Shown here in pieces: positions 1-12,935 of a stretch of 64,000 nucleotides of DNA. The position numbers were made by a program, and so were the translations under genes. Under the pieces are notes generated by a model. That model was not told the DNA's origin. It made no database searches and saw only the letters and a list, made by a program, of their open reading frames with translations. Origin of the DNA: Eledone cirrhosa (Eukaryota); contig OZ024740.1 in assembly GCA_964016885.1 (NCBI GenBank), positions 292,454,001-292,518,000 of the forward strand, given 5' to 3'. Each line of letters begins with the position of its first letter. Position 1 is the stretch's first letter.

Positions 1-920
1 TTAGCTCCAGGTTAGCACTTACTAAATAAACCTCTGATCAGTGTTTCCCTTCTCCTTTTCCTTTATTTAACTCTATTTTCACCTTTACCTCCCTTATTTT
101 TCTCTATTTTCACCTTTACCTCCCTTATTCTTCACTATTTTACCTTCATCTCCCATATTCATCATCATTTTTTCTTTTTCTCTTTCACTATATCCAATCT
201 ATTCATTTGGTACCATCCATAAACATCACTCTCTAATGAAGGTCTCTCTGAGACACTTTTCTTTTCCTTACATCCTACTTTAACACTTAGTTAGATTCAA
301 AATAATTCATATAAAGTTTAGAGGTACAATTTATCAGAACGTATTTGATATTCATGTGAAAGTATGGTGCAATCTACTAGGCCAACCTTGATTCCAAATG
401 ATGGCCACACTTTACTTACATACACTTCTGATGGAATATGGACTTAAGTGCTAATTTAAATATCCAGACATGAGTGTAGGAATGGCTGTGTACTTAAGTT
501 CATCAAGCAAGTACATGCTTTTAGGTTTGGGCCCACTGTGGTATTTGGGGAAAAAATTTCTACTAGAATAACCTTAAGTTTACCAAAAATATCCTTGTAA
601 ATGATATTTACTAGATGAGAGTTGTACAGAAGCTTGATGTATTTGTATGTTGGTGAATCAAACAAAAATACCTTGTATTCTGTTCATGCTTAGGAAAATT
701 TGCTCTTTGGTTGATAAAACATATAATAGGCAAAGTACTGATGCCAATATAATTGCCTAAAAATTCTTGTAGAGTATGTCCCAGCATGCTTGCTGTCCAA
801 TATCTAAAGAATAAAAAGAATATTCAATTCTCTTCTCAGAGATGGGTACCTCCTCCCATTCAGTTAATGAATTATATTTCCATAAAATTAAATGACATAG
901 TTTGTGTTAATATTTTACAG

Positions 921-967
921 AGTGTTGGTACTAACAATATTAAACAAAGAGCACAGGATCTATGTTC
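921..967 (+). CDS. Internal coding exon of class-V PLP aminotransferase / cysteine-desulfurase-like gene (SVGTNNIKQRAQDLC-S); earlier exons lie upstream of the window
   Basis: ttttacag acceptor and GTGAGT donor. 47 nt, ends in phase 2 (TC), which joins the G of the next exon to give S-R-A-F. Confidence 0.75.
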
Positions 968-1959
968 GTGAGTTATTTTTTACATTATGTTATGTTGTTG
1001 GTGTGTTAATGGTGATGCTGGTTGATGTGTTTTGTGAGTTGATTGGTATAATTGAAAAAAAGAAACAAACAAAATAAAAACAAAAAACCCCAAAAAACAA
1101 TCAGTACCAACAATGAATTGAGACAGACAAACAAGGAAAATCAAAACTGCTAATTTGTATAATTTTTATTTGTGCTATAGGATATGACAAAACCATGCAA
1201 CAAAATACGACACAACTGGAATATGTAAAAAGGCTTTCATCAACACTTTGGTAAATGTAGTGTTCATTGATGAGAGTATTTTTGTTGCGATGTATTGGAG
1301 ATGTTGGTTGAGATAAAATATTACAAGAGAATGAACTGGACATTAATACTTGTGTGTTTTGTGATATTTATGGTTATGACATTATACCTATTTTTGTCTG
1401 AATTTCAATAACCACAGATTTACCCATAATTTCACTACATATGTGATATCAAATGCTTCTGTGAACAACTTTGTGTTTCACCCTTTGTGCTTCACCTAAT
1501 AAATTAAAATAGTCATGTATTGAGTCATTCTAATTACCTCGTCCCACCCCCACCCTCAAAGAAAATTATGGTTTTGAACATGTTAGAAGTGATTCAGTGT
1601 ATTTAACGTTTTGATACCAAACTGCCTGAAATCACTTTTAGTTCTGTGATACACAACTTTGTTTTAAAGTGTTTAACCAAGTCTTCCATAGCTTTATATA
1701 AGAACTATTGTTCCAAATTAATTAATGAGAAAGATAGTTATATTATTAAATCCATCTACACTTTTGATTATTTTCAAAACTATTTGAAAATCATATGTAG
1801 TCTTTCATTAGAAAAATAAGTTAATGGAAGCAATAGATATTAAGATGTTGGATATTTCATCTTGAATCATTATTTAAACATTGTATAACCCTTAACTCTA
1901 AAGTATTTTCCATCAACATTACCTATATTTTCTATGTCATCAGCATGTATGTATATGTA

Positions 1960-2250
1960 TGGTCCCATAACATTTGAGGGAGTCGTAGCAGTGCTGTATT
2001 GGCATACAGCATTGCTAGGGCATTTTAAAACCTGGTCTGAATATAGATTTCTTCCAGAAAAGGATAGAGTAAGAGAATGGAAGTGAAAAAAATGCAGATG
2101 AAGAATTGATCCTAGTAGTAGACTGGTACTATTTTTATCGACCTTGAGTGGATGAAGGGCAAAGTTGACTTCAGCGAGATTTGAACTCAGAGCTGAAATG
2201 AATACTGCAAATCATTCTGACATTTTAATGACTCTGCCAATTCTCTGCCT
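1960..2250 (-). mobile_element. tRNA-type SINE, long variant
   Basis: Reverse complement of GAGTTCAAATC (B-box) and the CTTTGCCCTTCATCC...GTCGATAAAAATAGTACCAG core. Tail shared with the 7740 and 29785 copies. Confidence 0.75.
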
Positions 2251-2411
2251 ATATGTCATCTTTATATTCTTATACTAAAACCTGGTGTGACCCATCCCTC
2301 ACCCCATATAAAATATTTTCGATATAAACTTTAAATCTTGGGTGAGACTTAACTCAACTCCTATATAAGTTTCTTCACTCTCCATCAATGCAACCTTTAT
2401 TTTAATTTTGC

Positions 2412-2637
2412 TTAACCCTTCAACATTTAAACCGGCGGTATCTGGTCACAATTCTCTCACCTCTTTCCTGTTCAAAGTGGCTGTAACCAGCCATATATAC
2501 CACCATTAAGGTATTGTTCACAAAATAAATATCAAAATCTTGTAGATGTAATATTATGTGAAATAATTATGTGAGATAATGTTTACCATGAAAATACAAT
2601 AGTAAATATAGAGTAATGTAAATGCTAAAGAATTAAA
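2412..2637. mobile_element. Probable TTAA-flanked MITE
   Basis: Imperfect terminal inverted repeats ttaacccttcaacattta / taaatgctaaagaattaa. Confidence 0.5.
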
Positions 2638-3655
2638 CAAGTCTGACTCTGGACAAATCATCTGCCATCCTCTACCTCCACTGGGTTGAGAAGACTCTTC
2701 AATTGAGTCAATGACTGACAATCTTCCTGGTGTTGGTGCCACAATGTAAAGTGCACTCTGTAACATTTGTGAATATGTGACAAGCAGCCCTCAACCTGTC
2801 TCGGCAGTCAGTAGCTCCAATTAAGTACTGACTTGATTTACAATGAACTGTCCAACCTATAAAATGATCTGTAACCCCAGTATAAAATATTTTCTATTCT
2901 CATTATCAACATAACATTAAATCTGGTTTAATGACTAACCTCAGTCTAAAGTATTTTCCATTGCTAATTTATTTGAATTGGATGTATTTCTTAAACTTTT
3001 CAAAGTTTATAATTACTATCAATATAAATTTACTCAAATTTTCCCCATCAATATAATCTATTTAAATTTGGTGGAAAATTTTACATAGGGATCACACCAA
3101 TTTCAATATAATGATTTAATTGGTTATACTCTCTAACATATGTATAAAATATATTCTATCACCATAATCAATATGACCTTTAAGTGTAATGTAATTTCTA
3201 ACCTCAATCAATATAACCTCTATTTAAATCTAGTGTAATTCCTAACCCCTTTATATAGTATTTTCAATTACTGCCACCATCTTCAGTTTATGTCTACCTT
3301 TCCCCATTAACATGGATCATCAGTGAGTGAATTCTTATTTGGAGTTTTTTTCCTTGACTAGTTGAAGACCAGGTCTCATTCAAAGATTTTTTTTGGCATG
3401 GCTTTTATGCTTTTTATACTGCCAATCATTTTCACAGAATGTACTGGACACGTTTCATTATGGCCCAGCACTGAAAAGTCTTGTCCTCAGAAAGACATAA
3501 CCCTCTCTACGCTATGTTTCCCACTCATTGGTATGGTTTGATTGGTTTGAAATTATCAGGTATAGATGCTTTGTAAATGATGAGTGATTGTTTTAGTTTA
3601 TGAATGTCAAACTGCCTGCCAAAAATCTAACAAACAAACTTGGTTTATTTTGCAG

Positions 3656-3860
3656 GAGGGCCTTTAAAAAGTGGAAGCAAAACAAAAACCTTATAATTCT
3701 TGGGAGTCAATCCAGCTCCAGGCTCCCAATTTTCTCTTTCCTAGTAAAACATGAAAGCAGCAAAAATCTTCTGCATTATAACTTTGTGTCTGCTGTGCTC
3801 AGTGATATGTATGGTATCCAAGCTCGAGGAGGATGTGCATGTGCAGGACCTTATGCAATA
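3656..3860 (+). CDS. Coding exon, cysteine-desulfurase-like (RAFKKWKQNKNLIILG...HYNFVSAVLSDMYGIQARGGCACAGPYAI)
   Basis: tttgcag acceptor and GTATGT donor. Contains the RGGCxCA motif corresponding to the catalytic-Cys loop of class-V (SufS-like) enzymes. Confidence 0.93.
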
Positions 3861-4009
3861 GTATGTATTTTATATTTCCTTTCATCAATTTATATAGTTT
3901 AGATTTTGACTAAATTGTTATCTGGCACTAGGCCAGGCATTTAAAGGCTTTCCACTTGTGATCAGCCGACTTCATACTTTTCCAGTTAGAGGATTACAGT
4001 ATCATTGCC

Positions 4010-4986
4010 CAGATGGCTCTATAGAAATAGTGGACACCTTCCGTTACCTAGGTGACAAAATCAGCAGTGGCGGAGGGTGCTCAGAAAGTACAGTAGCCAG
4101 AGTCAGAACGGGATGAAGAAAGTTCAGAGAGCTTATACCACTATTGGCTGCTAAAGGGTTCTCTCTAAAAATGAAAGGCAGGCTGTATGTTGCCTGCATA
4201 CGAACAGCTATGTTACATGGCAGTGAGACATGGGCGTTGTGTGCAGAGGATCTGCGCAGACTGGAGAGGAACGAAGCATATGCATGCTCCGTTGGATGTG
4301 TAATAGTAATATACATGAACAGCAAAGCATAAATGAACTAAGTGAAAAATTAGGTATAAGAGGGATCAGATGGTGTTTACTTGAGAGAGGACTATGTTGG
4401 TATGGTCACATGATGCGCATGAACGTCGACAGCTGTATAAAAAAGTGCAGGGCGATCAAAATTGACGGAATTTACGGAGTAGGCAGACCCATAAAAACCT
4501 GGGACGACTTGATAAATTCCGACCTTACACACTTACACCTATCTAAGACAATGTCACTGGACCGAGATCTTTGGCGCTACGCAATAATACAGAAAACCCG
4601 CCTTGCCTAAGTACAAAGCGAAACCTACAGTCAGTAGACACCTCTTAATCAAATATACACCCCCAACCCCCATCCCCATCAACACCACCTCTTTCTCTGT
4701 AAAGTTATGTTGGTACCACAACATCCAGTCTTAAATAAATGAGGTCGTGTAGGTGTCACGACAAAAACACACAGTCCACGCTGTAATGTGGCCGTGTAGG
4801 TAACACGGTAAAAACCTACCAGTCCACACTATAAACGTGGTTGGTGTTAGGAAGGACATCCAGCCGTAGAAAACCTGCCAGACAGTCCCATACGAGTGAG
4901 ACAACCAATCTTGCTTCAAGTGGGACAATTCCCGTCTAAACCCATGCTAGCGTGGAAGATAGACGTTAAACGATGATGATGATGAT
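4010..4986 (+). mobile_element. 5'-truncated RTE-clade LINE (RT C-terminus, 3'UTR, (GAT)n tail)
   Basis: FRYLGD...KGRLY..CIRTAMLHGSETW...WYGHMMRM...GRPIKTW with a stop and a frameshift. Ends in gatgatgat. Confidence 0.9.
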
Positions 4987-5992
4987 AAATTTTTCTTTGC
5001 TTTTTTAAAGACAGCAGGTTGTGATTGAAAGAAATTTTGTTGCTATTTCTAGCATGTTAGTCAACTGTGAAGAAACTCAACAATTGTATGCATTTAATGA
5101 AAATGACTTTTAATCTTTAATTGGTTATTGGGTCAACTGCAAAAAAAAGGGCCTCATTTTTTGTTGCATGTCAAGGGTAACACAACTTTGCAGGACCACA
5201 CATTTCTTATTTATTGATGACAACTATTAGTTTAGAACCCTCTATATTACTCCCCACACCAACTCACATGTCCAGTCAGGGGAACTATATGTGCTTATGA
5301 CCAGCTAGAAATAGTAGCCAATTTTCTTGTTAAACCATGTCCTGACATCTTAAAAGAATAAAAGACATTTTGAATGATGTAGTCCGGGAGACATTGAATG
5401 AAAATAACCCTGGATAGTCATGACTGGAATACTTTTAATCATTGTTCGGTTTTATCAGGGCTGATCTGGATTTAGATAACATTTCTAAAGAAATGACCTG
5501 TTTGAATAGGCCAATTAACATTTTATCTTTAGAGTGAATTGTAATGTGCTTGTGGATCAAATAGTCAATTCAACTTTGGTTTACGGTTGAAACTAATTCA
5601 CTTTCTTAATCGACTAATATTTTATAACAATATTAGCAGCTTAAGGGAGTGAATTAATTTCAACTGACGTTTTTTTTAAAAAAATGAAAATACCAAAAGT
5701 ATTATGGTGTTAAGTGCTGGTGGGTTTTCAAAATAGGTTGTAGAAGTAAATATGTTTGAGAATCACTGCGCTAGAGAAGGCATGAATGTTACAGCATCCC
5801 TTGTTTCTTTAAACATGAAATATATTGTCTAAATCAAATAGTTCAAGAGTAAGTTGTTTAGTATTTCCTAATGAAAGGTGTTACGTCAAAACAATTGACT
5901 TTAAGATTGAGGGAAGGTCAATGGAATTGGTATATTAATAGCACAAAGACTAGTTGTGAAAATTGCAATTAATTCCTTATAGCCTAACTGGT

Positions 5993-6290
5993 GAAGGCAT
6001 GAGGCTTAGTGGTTAGTGTTGGTTCACAATTGTGAGGTTGTGAATTCAATTCCTGGACCTGGTTGTACATTGGATCCTTCAGCAAGATACTTTATTTCAT
6101 TCTGGAAAAATGAGTGGCAAACTGTATCAGCCTTTTCCTTGGACAACAGTGATGGCATAGATAGTGGAGAGTGATATGTATGGGCAACTGCTAATCTTCC
6201 ACAAAAAACACTTTGCCTAAGCTTGTGCCTCAAAAGGGAACTTTTTCTGTGCCAACCCATGGTCCAATCACAACCAAAAGAAGCTTATGA
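5993..6290 (+). mobile_element. Second tRNA-type SINE family (related pieces at ~6880-7040 -, ~21283-21395 +, ~45630-45735 +)
   Basis: GGCTTAGTGGTTAG (A-box-like) and TTCAATTCC (B-box-like), followed by ccttcagcaagatactttatttca. Recurs in the window. Confidence 0.65.
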
Positions 6291-7166
6291 TAGCTTAACT
6301 ATTTTTGGTGGTATTTTTCCATCCTAAATACAATTTTTTCTGCTCCTACCTATCACTATCAAATACAGACAACATGTACCTTTACAACAATTATTACATT
6401 TGAATACAAATTCACAGTCCCTTGGTCTGAGCTATAACTTTATTGCCTGTCGAAATGTGATGTTTATTTGTCTTGTTGACAGTGGTTTTAGTGTTGTCTT
6501 TAGTTAATCCATTTTAACTAGATCTAAGTTTTTAATTAAATCTAATAGATATATTTTCACTTAAGATACCTTCTTTACAAAACTCTGAATTTCCCTTTCC
6601 ACTGTTTACAATGTCTTGTCTCTCACATGGTAAAATATGTTCAATTAATTCATTTTAAAAGAATATTTCTTTAATATATATTGTGTTGAATTCATCATTT
6701 CATTTCATTTTTCATTTCATTTTACGTCTGCTTTTCCCCTGCTTGCAAGGGTGGGACAGGAACTGTTTCTGGCTTGATTTCTACAGCTGGATGCCCTTCC
6801 TAACACCAACCTCATTTACAGTGAGTGCTGGGTGCTTTTTTGCCGTGGCACCTCCACGACCACTTTGCAGTGGAATGATATGGACCCCAGTCCCTATCAT
6901 CTCATTTCTACAGCTGAGTAAACTGAGGCAATGTGAAATAAAGTGTCTTGCTCAAGGAAACAACACATCACCTGGTCTGAGAATTGAACTCACAACCTTT
7001 CGATTGCCAGGCCAATGCTCTAACCACTAAGCCATGTGCCTCCATTATTATGTTAAATATATATCTATGTGTATATAAATACACACATGTAAATTTAACA
7101 TGTTTATACTCAATGTTTATATTGATATACATATTTTTGCAATCTCGGTTAAACTGTATATGTAGA

Positions 7167-7482
7167 TCATCATCATCATCATCATCATTTTACGTCCACT
7201 TTTCCCTGCTTGCAAGAGTGGGACAGGTCCTCTTCAGCATTCGTCATCTTCTCTGTGAGCTTCAGCAATCTGAGGTCAGCTCTCACCACCTCCGCCCATG
7301 TTTTACATGGTCTTCCTCTACTGTGTCTTCCTTCTACTGGGATTTCTTGGCACTTCTTCACTCAACTATCATCTTCCATGCGCATCACATAGCCATACCA
7401 AAGGAGTCTTCTCATTGACATTGCACATCCATCGGAGAATGCTTGCTTCTTTTCTCGCTAGCTTTCTCATATCCTCCGCAGT
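7167..7482 (-). mobile_element. Internally deleted RTE LINE 3' fragment
   Basis: (CAT)n tail at 7167. The minus strand reads MLRWMCNV...YGYVMRMEDDS..KKC..GRPCKTW. Confidence 0.75.
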
Positions 7483-7555
7483 TTTCTATGATACAAATTT
7501 AAATATTTATTTAATATTTATATTTTGTAACATAAATTTTTTTTTTTAATTTAAG

Positions 7556-7623
7556 GATCTTCTAGGCATTTCTGAAGAGCTTTTCGCCAAATTTTCCTGG
7601 TTTTTAAAGGAGACTCAGGAAAC
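7556..7623 (+). CDS. Coding exon (DLLGISEELFAKFSWFLKETQE-T)
   Basis: Poly-T...ttaag acceptor and GTAAGT donor. Phase 0 to 2. LLGI follows GPY as expected in this family. Confidence 0.88.
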
Positions 7624-7734
7624 GTAAGTAATAAACAGACATTAGTAGCCAATTATACTGAATACATGTACTTCTACATTGGTAGAGCTACATCTATTCT
7701 GCTTGGTGACTGTTTAACCCTTTTGATAGTATGG

Positions 7735-8378
7735 TCCTGTAACTTCTGATGGAGTCATAGGGGAGCCATAGTGACATAGTGTTTCTTGGGCATTTTAAAG
7801 CCTTGTGGAATCCATCTCATATCCAGGCCTGATTACAGCAGATTTCTTCCAGAGAAGAATACTGAAAGAAAGGAAGTAAGAAAGAATTATAGAAGAAGAA
7901 TCGACTCCAGTACTAGACTGGTACTTTTTTTATTGACCTCGATTAGATGAAAGGTAAAGTAGACTTTGGCAGGATTTGAACTCAGAGAGCAGAGAGCCAA
8001 AACTAATGCCGCAAAGCATTCTATCAGACATTCTTACGACTCTGCCAATTTGCTGCTTTCAACCTTTTTGATATCAAACCACAACTCAGTTTATTCTACT
8101 GTTTACATTTATCTAAAACCTTCCATCATACAATTATGTAAGAATCTTTAATTTCAAACATCAACATAATTGTTTCTACTTTAGGCCAGCAATTTTGGAG
8201 AAGGGGAAAAATCGATCAAATTGACCCAGTGCATTACTGGTGCTTTATTTTATCGACTCCGTAAGGATGAAAGGCACAGCTAACCTCGGAAGGATTTGAA
8301 CTCAGAACGTAAAGGGACATAACTCTATGCTGCAAAGCATGGTGTCTGACGCTCTACTGATACTGCCAATCCACCACC
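7735..8378 (-). mobile_element. Two tRNA-type SINE copies (~7735-8055, ~8170-8378)
   Basis: Same B-box and core sequence as the other copies. Confidence 0.8.
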
Positions 8379-8441
8379 CTTTGATTAAAGCAACTTCTAT
8401 TTTAGAACCAAAACAACGAAAAAAATTCTATGGAATAATTC

Positions 8442-9544
8442 TTGCTCAGTATGTAGGAAAGGTGTAGGTAGGAACTCCATTCTCTGCTCCAAATGCAAAC
8501 AATGGGTAGACAAGAGATGTAGCGGGATCTTAGGAAGCTTAATTAAGAATGTAAGCTTCACATGTAGCAGCTGTGCTGGGACAGCAAGCAGCAAACAGCC
8601 ACAGGAAACAAGTACCACCAATCTCTGGGAGGGCTTTGTAGAAACAGTAGACAGCTTCTGCTACCTAGGTGACTGAATTAGCAGCTGAGGTGGGTGTTCA
8701 GAAAGTACAATAACTGGGGTAAGAATGAGATGGAAGAAGTTCAGGGAACTACTGCCACTGCTAGCTGCAAAAGGCTTCTCCCTCAAAATGAAAGGCAGAC
8801 TGTATGATACGTGTATCCGAACAGCAATGTTACATGGTAGTGAGACCTGGGCGCTGAAGGTGGAAGACTTACGTAGATTAGAAAGAAACGAAGCCTGCAT
8901 GCTCCGATGGATGTGTAATAGTAATATACGCGAACGGCAAAGCATAAATGAATTGAGAGAGAGACTGAGCATAAGAGGAATCAAATGCTGTGTGCAGGAG
9001 AGGCGGTTGCGTTGGTATGGACATGTGATGTATATGAAGGATGACAGCTGCATAAAAAGGTGCAGAGCACTAGAAGTCAATGGAAACCGCGGAGTGGGGA
9101 GACCCAAGAAAACCTGGGATGAGGTGATAAAAGCCGACCTTACCCAATTACACCTCTCAAAGGCGATGACACACGACTGTGACCTCTGGCGTCACTAGTA
9201 ATACAGAGTACCCGACCTCCCATGGATACAAGCTGAAGCATATAGACAATATGCCCCCACACCCTCCCACTGCAAAGTGGTCGTGGAGGTGCCATAGCAA
9301 AAAAGCACCCAGCCCACACTGTAAAGTGGATGTGTAGGCGCCACGGAAAAAAAGCACCCAGCACTCACTGTAAATGAGGTTGGTGTTAGGAAGGGCATCC
9401 AGCTGTAGAAATCAAGCCAAAATCAGTTCCTGTATGAGCAAGGCATGGTCAGCCGACCAGACACTGCCTACAACAGGACAACCCGTCTAACCCATGCTAG
9501 CATGGAAGAATGGACGTAAAACGGTGATGATGATGATGATGATG
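8442..9544 (+). mobile_element. 5'-truncated RTE LINE with AATTC target-site duplication
   Basis: RT C-terminal ORF 8725-9198 and (GAT)n tail. AATTC at 8437-8441 and 9545-9549. Near-identical to the 3' part of the 40-43 kb element. Confidence 0.93.
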
Positions 9545-9694
9545 AATTCAAAATAGTCTTATTCAATATAATAAATAAATGTTCCTTGAAAATTAACCCT
9601 TTTTGTCCCCATATTTCTAATGGAAGACATAATATTGAGAAAGCTAATTTACTACATCTCTACAAATTCTTGATTGTTTTCACAATTTAAATCA

Positions 9695-9987
9695 CACACA
9701 TAAATGAGAAAAAGTGTCCAGTTCACACTGCAAAGTGGTCATGTAGGTGTCACAACAAAAAGCACCCATTCCACATTGTAAAGTGATCATCTTGGTGCCA
9801 CGATAAAAAGCACCCAGTCCACTCTGTAAATGTGGTTGGCCTTTGGAAGGGTATCCAGCCGTAGAAACCAATCCAGAACCAGTTCTGCATGAGGAAGACA
9901 TGGTCACCTGATCTGACTTGTCTTACAAAGGGACAAGTCGTCTAACTCATGCTAGCATGGAAAAATGGACATTAAACAGTGATGATA
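9695..9987 (+). mobile_element. RTE 3'UTR-only fragment / LINE-tailed short element
   Basis: Tandem aaaagcacccag..cac..tgtaaagtgg units followed by ggaagggtatccagccgtagaaacc...catgctagcatgga...gatgat. Confidence 0.75.
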
Positions 9988-10301
9988 AACAATGTCTTCC
10001 ATTAGAAATATGGGAACAAAAGGGTTAATTTTTCTAGGAACATTTTTTAAATTATGTTGAATAAAACTATTTTGAATTATTCCATAGATTTTTAATTTCG
10101 TTGTCTTGGTTCTAAAATAGAAGTTGCTTTAATCAATGAATGTGAATTTTACTGAATCATAAGACCTACTGATGACTAGAATTAGGTGTCTTTAGTTATT
10201 GGCCTTAATCGACATATGACTATCACAACAGATAGTATAATTGTAACGACTCAGTAATGAAAACCTTGAAAAATGAATTTTTTTTCTTCTTTTCTTTTTA
10301 G

Positions 10302-10349
10302 TGAAAAAGGATGTCGCCAATGTGTAACATCAACACTGGAAATAATGAG
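10302..10349 (+). CDS. Short coding exon (EKGCRQCVTSTLEIM-R)
   Basis: Long polypyrimidine tract plus AG, GTAAGA donor. 48 nt, phase 2 to 2, links in frame to RPGF. Confidence 0.8.
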
Positions 10350-10684
10350 GTAAGAAAAACATTTCTGGCTCTTGTATACTGCTTAGGGACGAGTAGTAGT
10401 TTTTAGCCCAGCCTCCTGAGTTGTAGTTTTGTCATTATTATTAAGTGTTCAAGTTGTGTGGTTATATGTAGACCAGGTTGGAATAACCATTAAGCAAAAT
10501 AAGTGCATGATTGGAGCACCCAAGGAAGAGGGGCATAATTTTATTCAAATTGTCATTGCCTCCCACTATGCAGATTTTTTGGAGGGGAGAGCACTAATCT
10601 TTTGGTTGCTTAGGATCTCAAAGGGACTTAATCCAGTCATATGTATAGAGAGACTAGGTTAAAAGATGGCTTTTAAAAAAAATG

Positions 10685-11025
10685 TACTCTCAGGTCTTGA
10701 ATACCCCCTCCCCTCATCGCTTATTAATTTTTCAGACCCCCCCCCCCCTCACTTTTATCCCCCCCCCCCCAAGCTTGTTACATTTTATTATCTCCAGCGA
10801 AACTATTGAAAGTGATACATATGGATACAGCAGCTGAAGAATCTAATAATATTATTTTACATTAAAAAAACATTATGTATGGCAAAAAAGAACATTGCAA
10901 GAAGTCAAATATTTACGAACGTACATTATACAATTGCCGACCGCCCACCACCCTTTATTCTAACTTCCCTGCATATAAGAATTTAAGCAAATGTCCCCTC
11001 AACAATTATTTGGGACCCGAGAGTA
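10685..11025. mobile_element. TA-flanked MITE (Tc1/mariner-like ends)
   Basis: TIRs tactctcaggtcttgaata / tatttgggacccgagagta. Confidence 0.65.
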
Positions 11026-11668
11026 TGTAGCGGTCATATGTTGTTGACGGAGAAAAATAAGCTGGCGTGTTTTTCCAGTTACGTCCCCTGTTTATATGAG
11101 TACGTCTAGGTTATAAGTGATTGATACTGTGTGTATAAAAGGTAAGATTATGGGAAAAAAATTGGTATCATCTGTGCAGTATTGTGTATAGTCGGATGTA
11201 CGGAATAAGAAATGAGACATAAGGCCGTCAACTATTGCAGTTCATAAATTGCGCCCCACATACGCATGTCATCAGAAATATAAGCAGCTGATGTAAGGGA
11301 GATAACTATTCTAGATACTGGTTTGTTTTCATTTCAGTAGCTTCAAACTGAGAATTGAATTAACAAAAGATAATTTATCAAATGAGAATTCTAAGATATG
11401 ATACTTATTTTTGGATTTATTACAATATCTGTGTTCAAGATCTCACTGTATAATTTACTGAAAACTTGAAGAAATAAAATTTCTATAAATTGAAACATAA
11501 AAGTGTAAACATAAAAAACCAACTTGTGGTTTCACCTCTCTCTTTCTGCTTATATGCTAAACTATACAATATCTAAAATTATAAGAAATATTTAGAAATA
11601 CTATTGTTTTGGAACAAAAATGCCAGTAACAGTTGAAACTATTTACTTTTCTATTGTTTTTTAAACAG

Positions 11669-11780
11669 GCCAGGTTTTGTTCGGATAAACTTGCCCTATT
11701 TTTATGATGATGATACTATTGACTTCATTATTGATGCTGTAGATACAGTGGCAACCCATGCTTGGAAGTTTCTGCCCTAT
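11669..11780 (+). CDS. Coding exon (RPGFVRINLPYFYDDDTIDFIIDAVDTVATHAWKFLPY)
   Basis: aaacag acceptor and GTAAGT donor. Carries the class-V substrate-binding Arg motif (GFVRIN). Phase 2 to 0. Confidence 0.93.
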
Positions 11781-11829
11781 GTAAGTTGACATTTTAATTT
11801 TAAGTAGACTGTATGTATATATGCTTTTC

Positions 11830-12012
11830 TAGGGCATTTTAAAAATCTGGCAGATCCCAATCCTCCCCAGGTCTGAATACAGATTTCTTCTACATAAGGA
11901 TAGTGAGAAAATGGAAGTGACGAAGAATTAACCCCAGTAAAAGATTGGTACTTTATTATCAATCTTAAAAGGATGAAAGGCAGAGTTGACCTCTGCAGGA
12001 TTTGAATTGAGA
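11830..12012 (-). mobile_element. tRNA-type SINE fragment
   Basis: ggatgaaaggcagagttgacctc...ggatttgaa core. Confidence 0.7.
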
Positions 12013-12139
12013 TTTCTACTGTTCCAAGATATAGTTTACAGTATTGTTGAAAGAACTTTCTTTTACTCTTCTAAGATAGATAAAACTTGTATCAGTAATA
12101 TATATAGTTAAGTTGAAGACCTTTGTGTATTGGTACTGA

Positions 12140-12935
12140 TTCTTCAATCAGGAAATCTTCTGAACGTGACCTGGGCATTACGGTCAGCAGTGATTTGTGT
12201 TGGACGAAGCACGTCTCTAAAATTGTCAAGAAGGCCGAGGATGTCTTAGCATCACTCAGTAAGACCTTTGTCAGCCACTCTCCAGCTATCTATTTAAAGC
12301 TGTATATAGCTATGGTGCAGCCACACTTAGAATTTGCATCACCAGTCTGGAACCCCTATCTTGCTCAGAACATTGACCACCTGGAAACTGTTCAGAGACG
12401 TGCAACCAAGCGAATACCCTCCATTAGGCATCTACCATACTCTGAACGCCTTGCTTCCCTGGGCATGGATACATTGAAGCTCTGACGTCTGGCAGCTGAC
12501 TTGGTAAACATGCACAAAATTATTAACCATCTTGCCAACAACAACCCTGAGTACCTTTTTGAATTCCATTTGTCTAACACACATGGGCATGCCAACAAAG
12601 TCAGAAAACAGCACAGCTCCCATGACTTTCGGAAAACAGCACAGAAAACAGCACAGCTCCCATGACTTTTGGAAACAGAGTTGCTGAAGCATGGAACAAA
12701 CTACCTGCATCAGTTATTAGCTGTCGAGACACTGCATCCTTTAAAACCTCCATGCTTTCTGAGATTTGCCAACACTACACCTAATATTCCCCCTCCATAC
12801 ACATGCACACATGCATATCATGACTCATACACTATTAACTTCTCTGACATTTGTATATTATTCTATGTACTATACATGCACCTTTGATGAGTTGTAGTGC
12901 ACCTGAACACTGTACACAATAATACATTTCATTAT
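12140..12935 (+). mobile_element. CR1-clade LINE 3' fragment
   Basis: ERDLGITVSSDL.W..H...V.PHLEFASPVWNPY...LETVQRRATK...YSERL, with an in-frame stop and a short internal duplication at ~12602-12677. Confidence 0.9.

Larger units (their letters stand above)
8381..10136. mobile_element. MITE/foldback element with ~145-bp TIRs, interrupted by nested insertions
   Basis: 8381-8441 joined to 9550-9630 is the reverse complement of 9992-10136. Confidence 0.85.
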
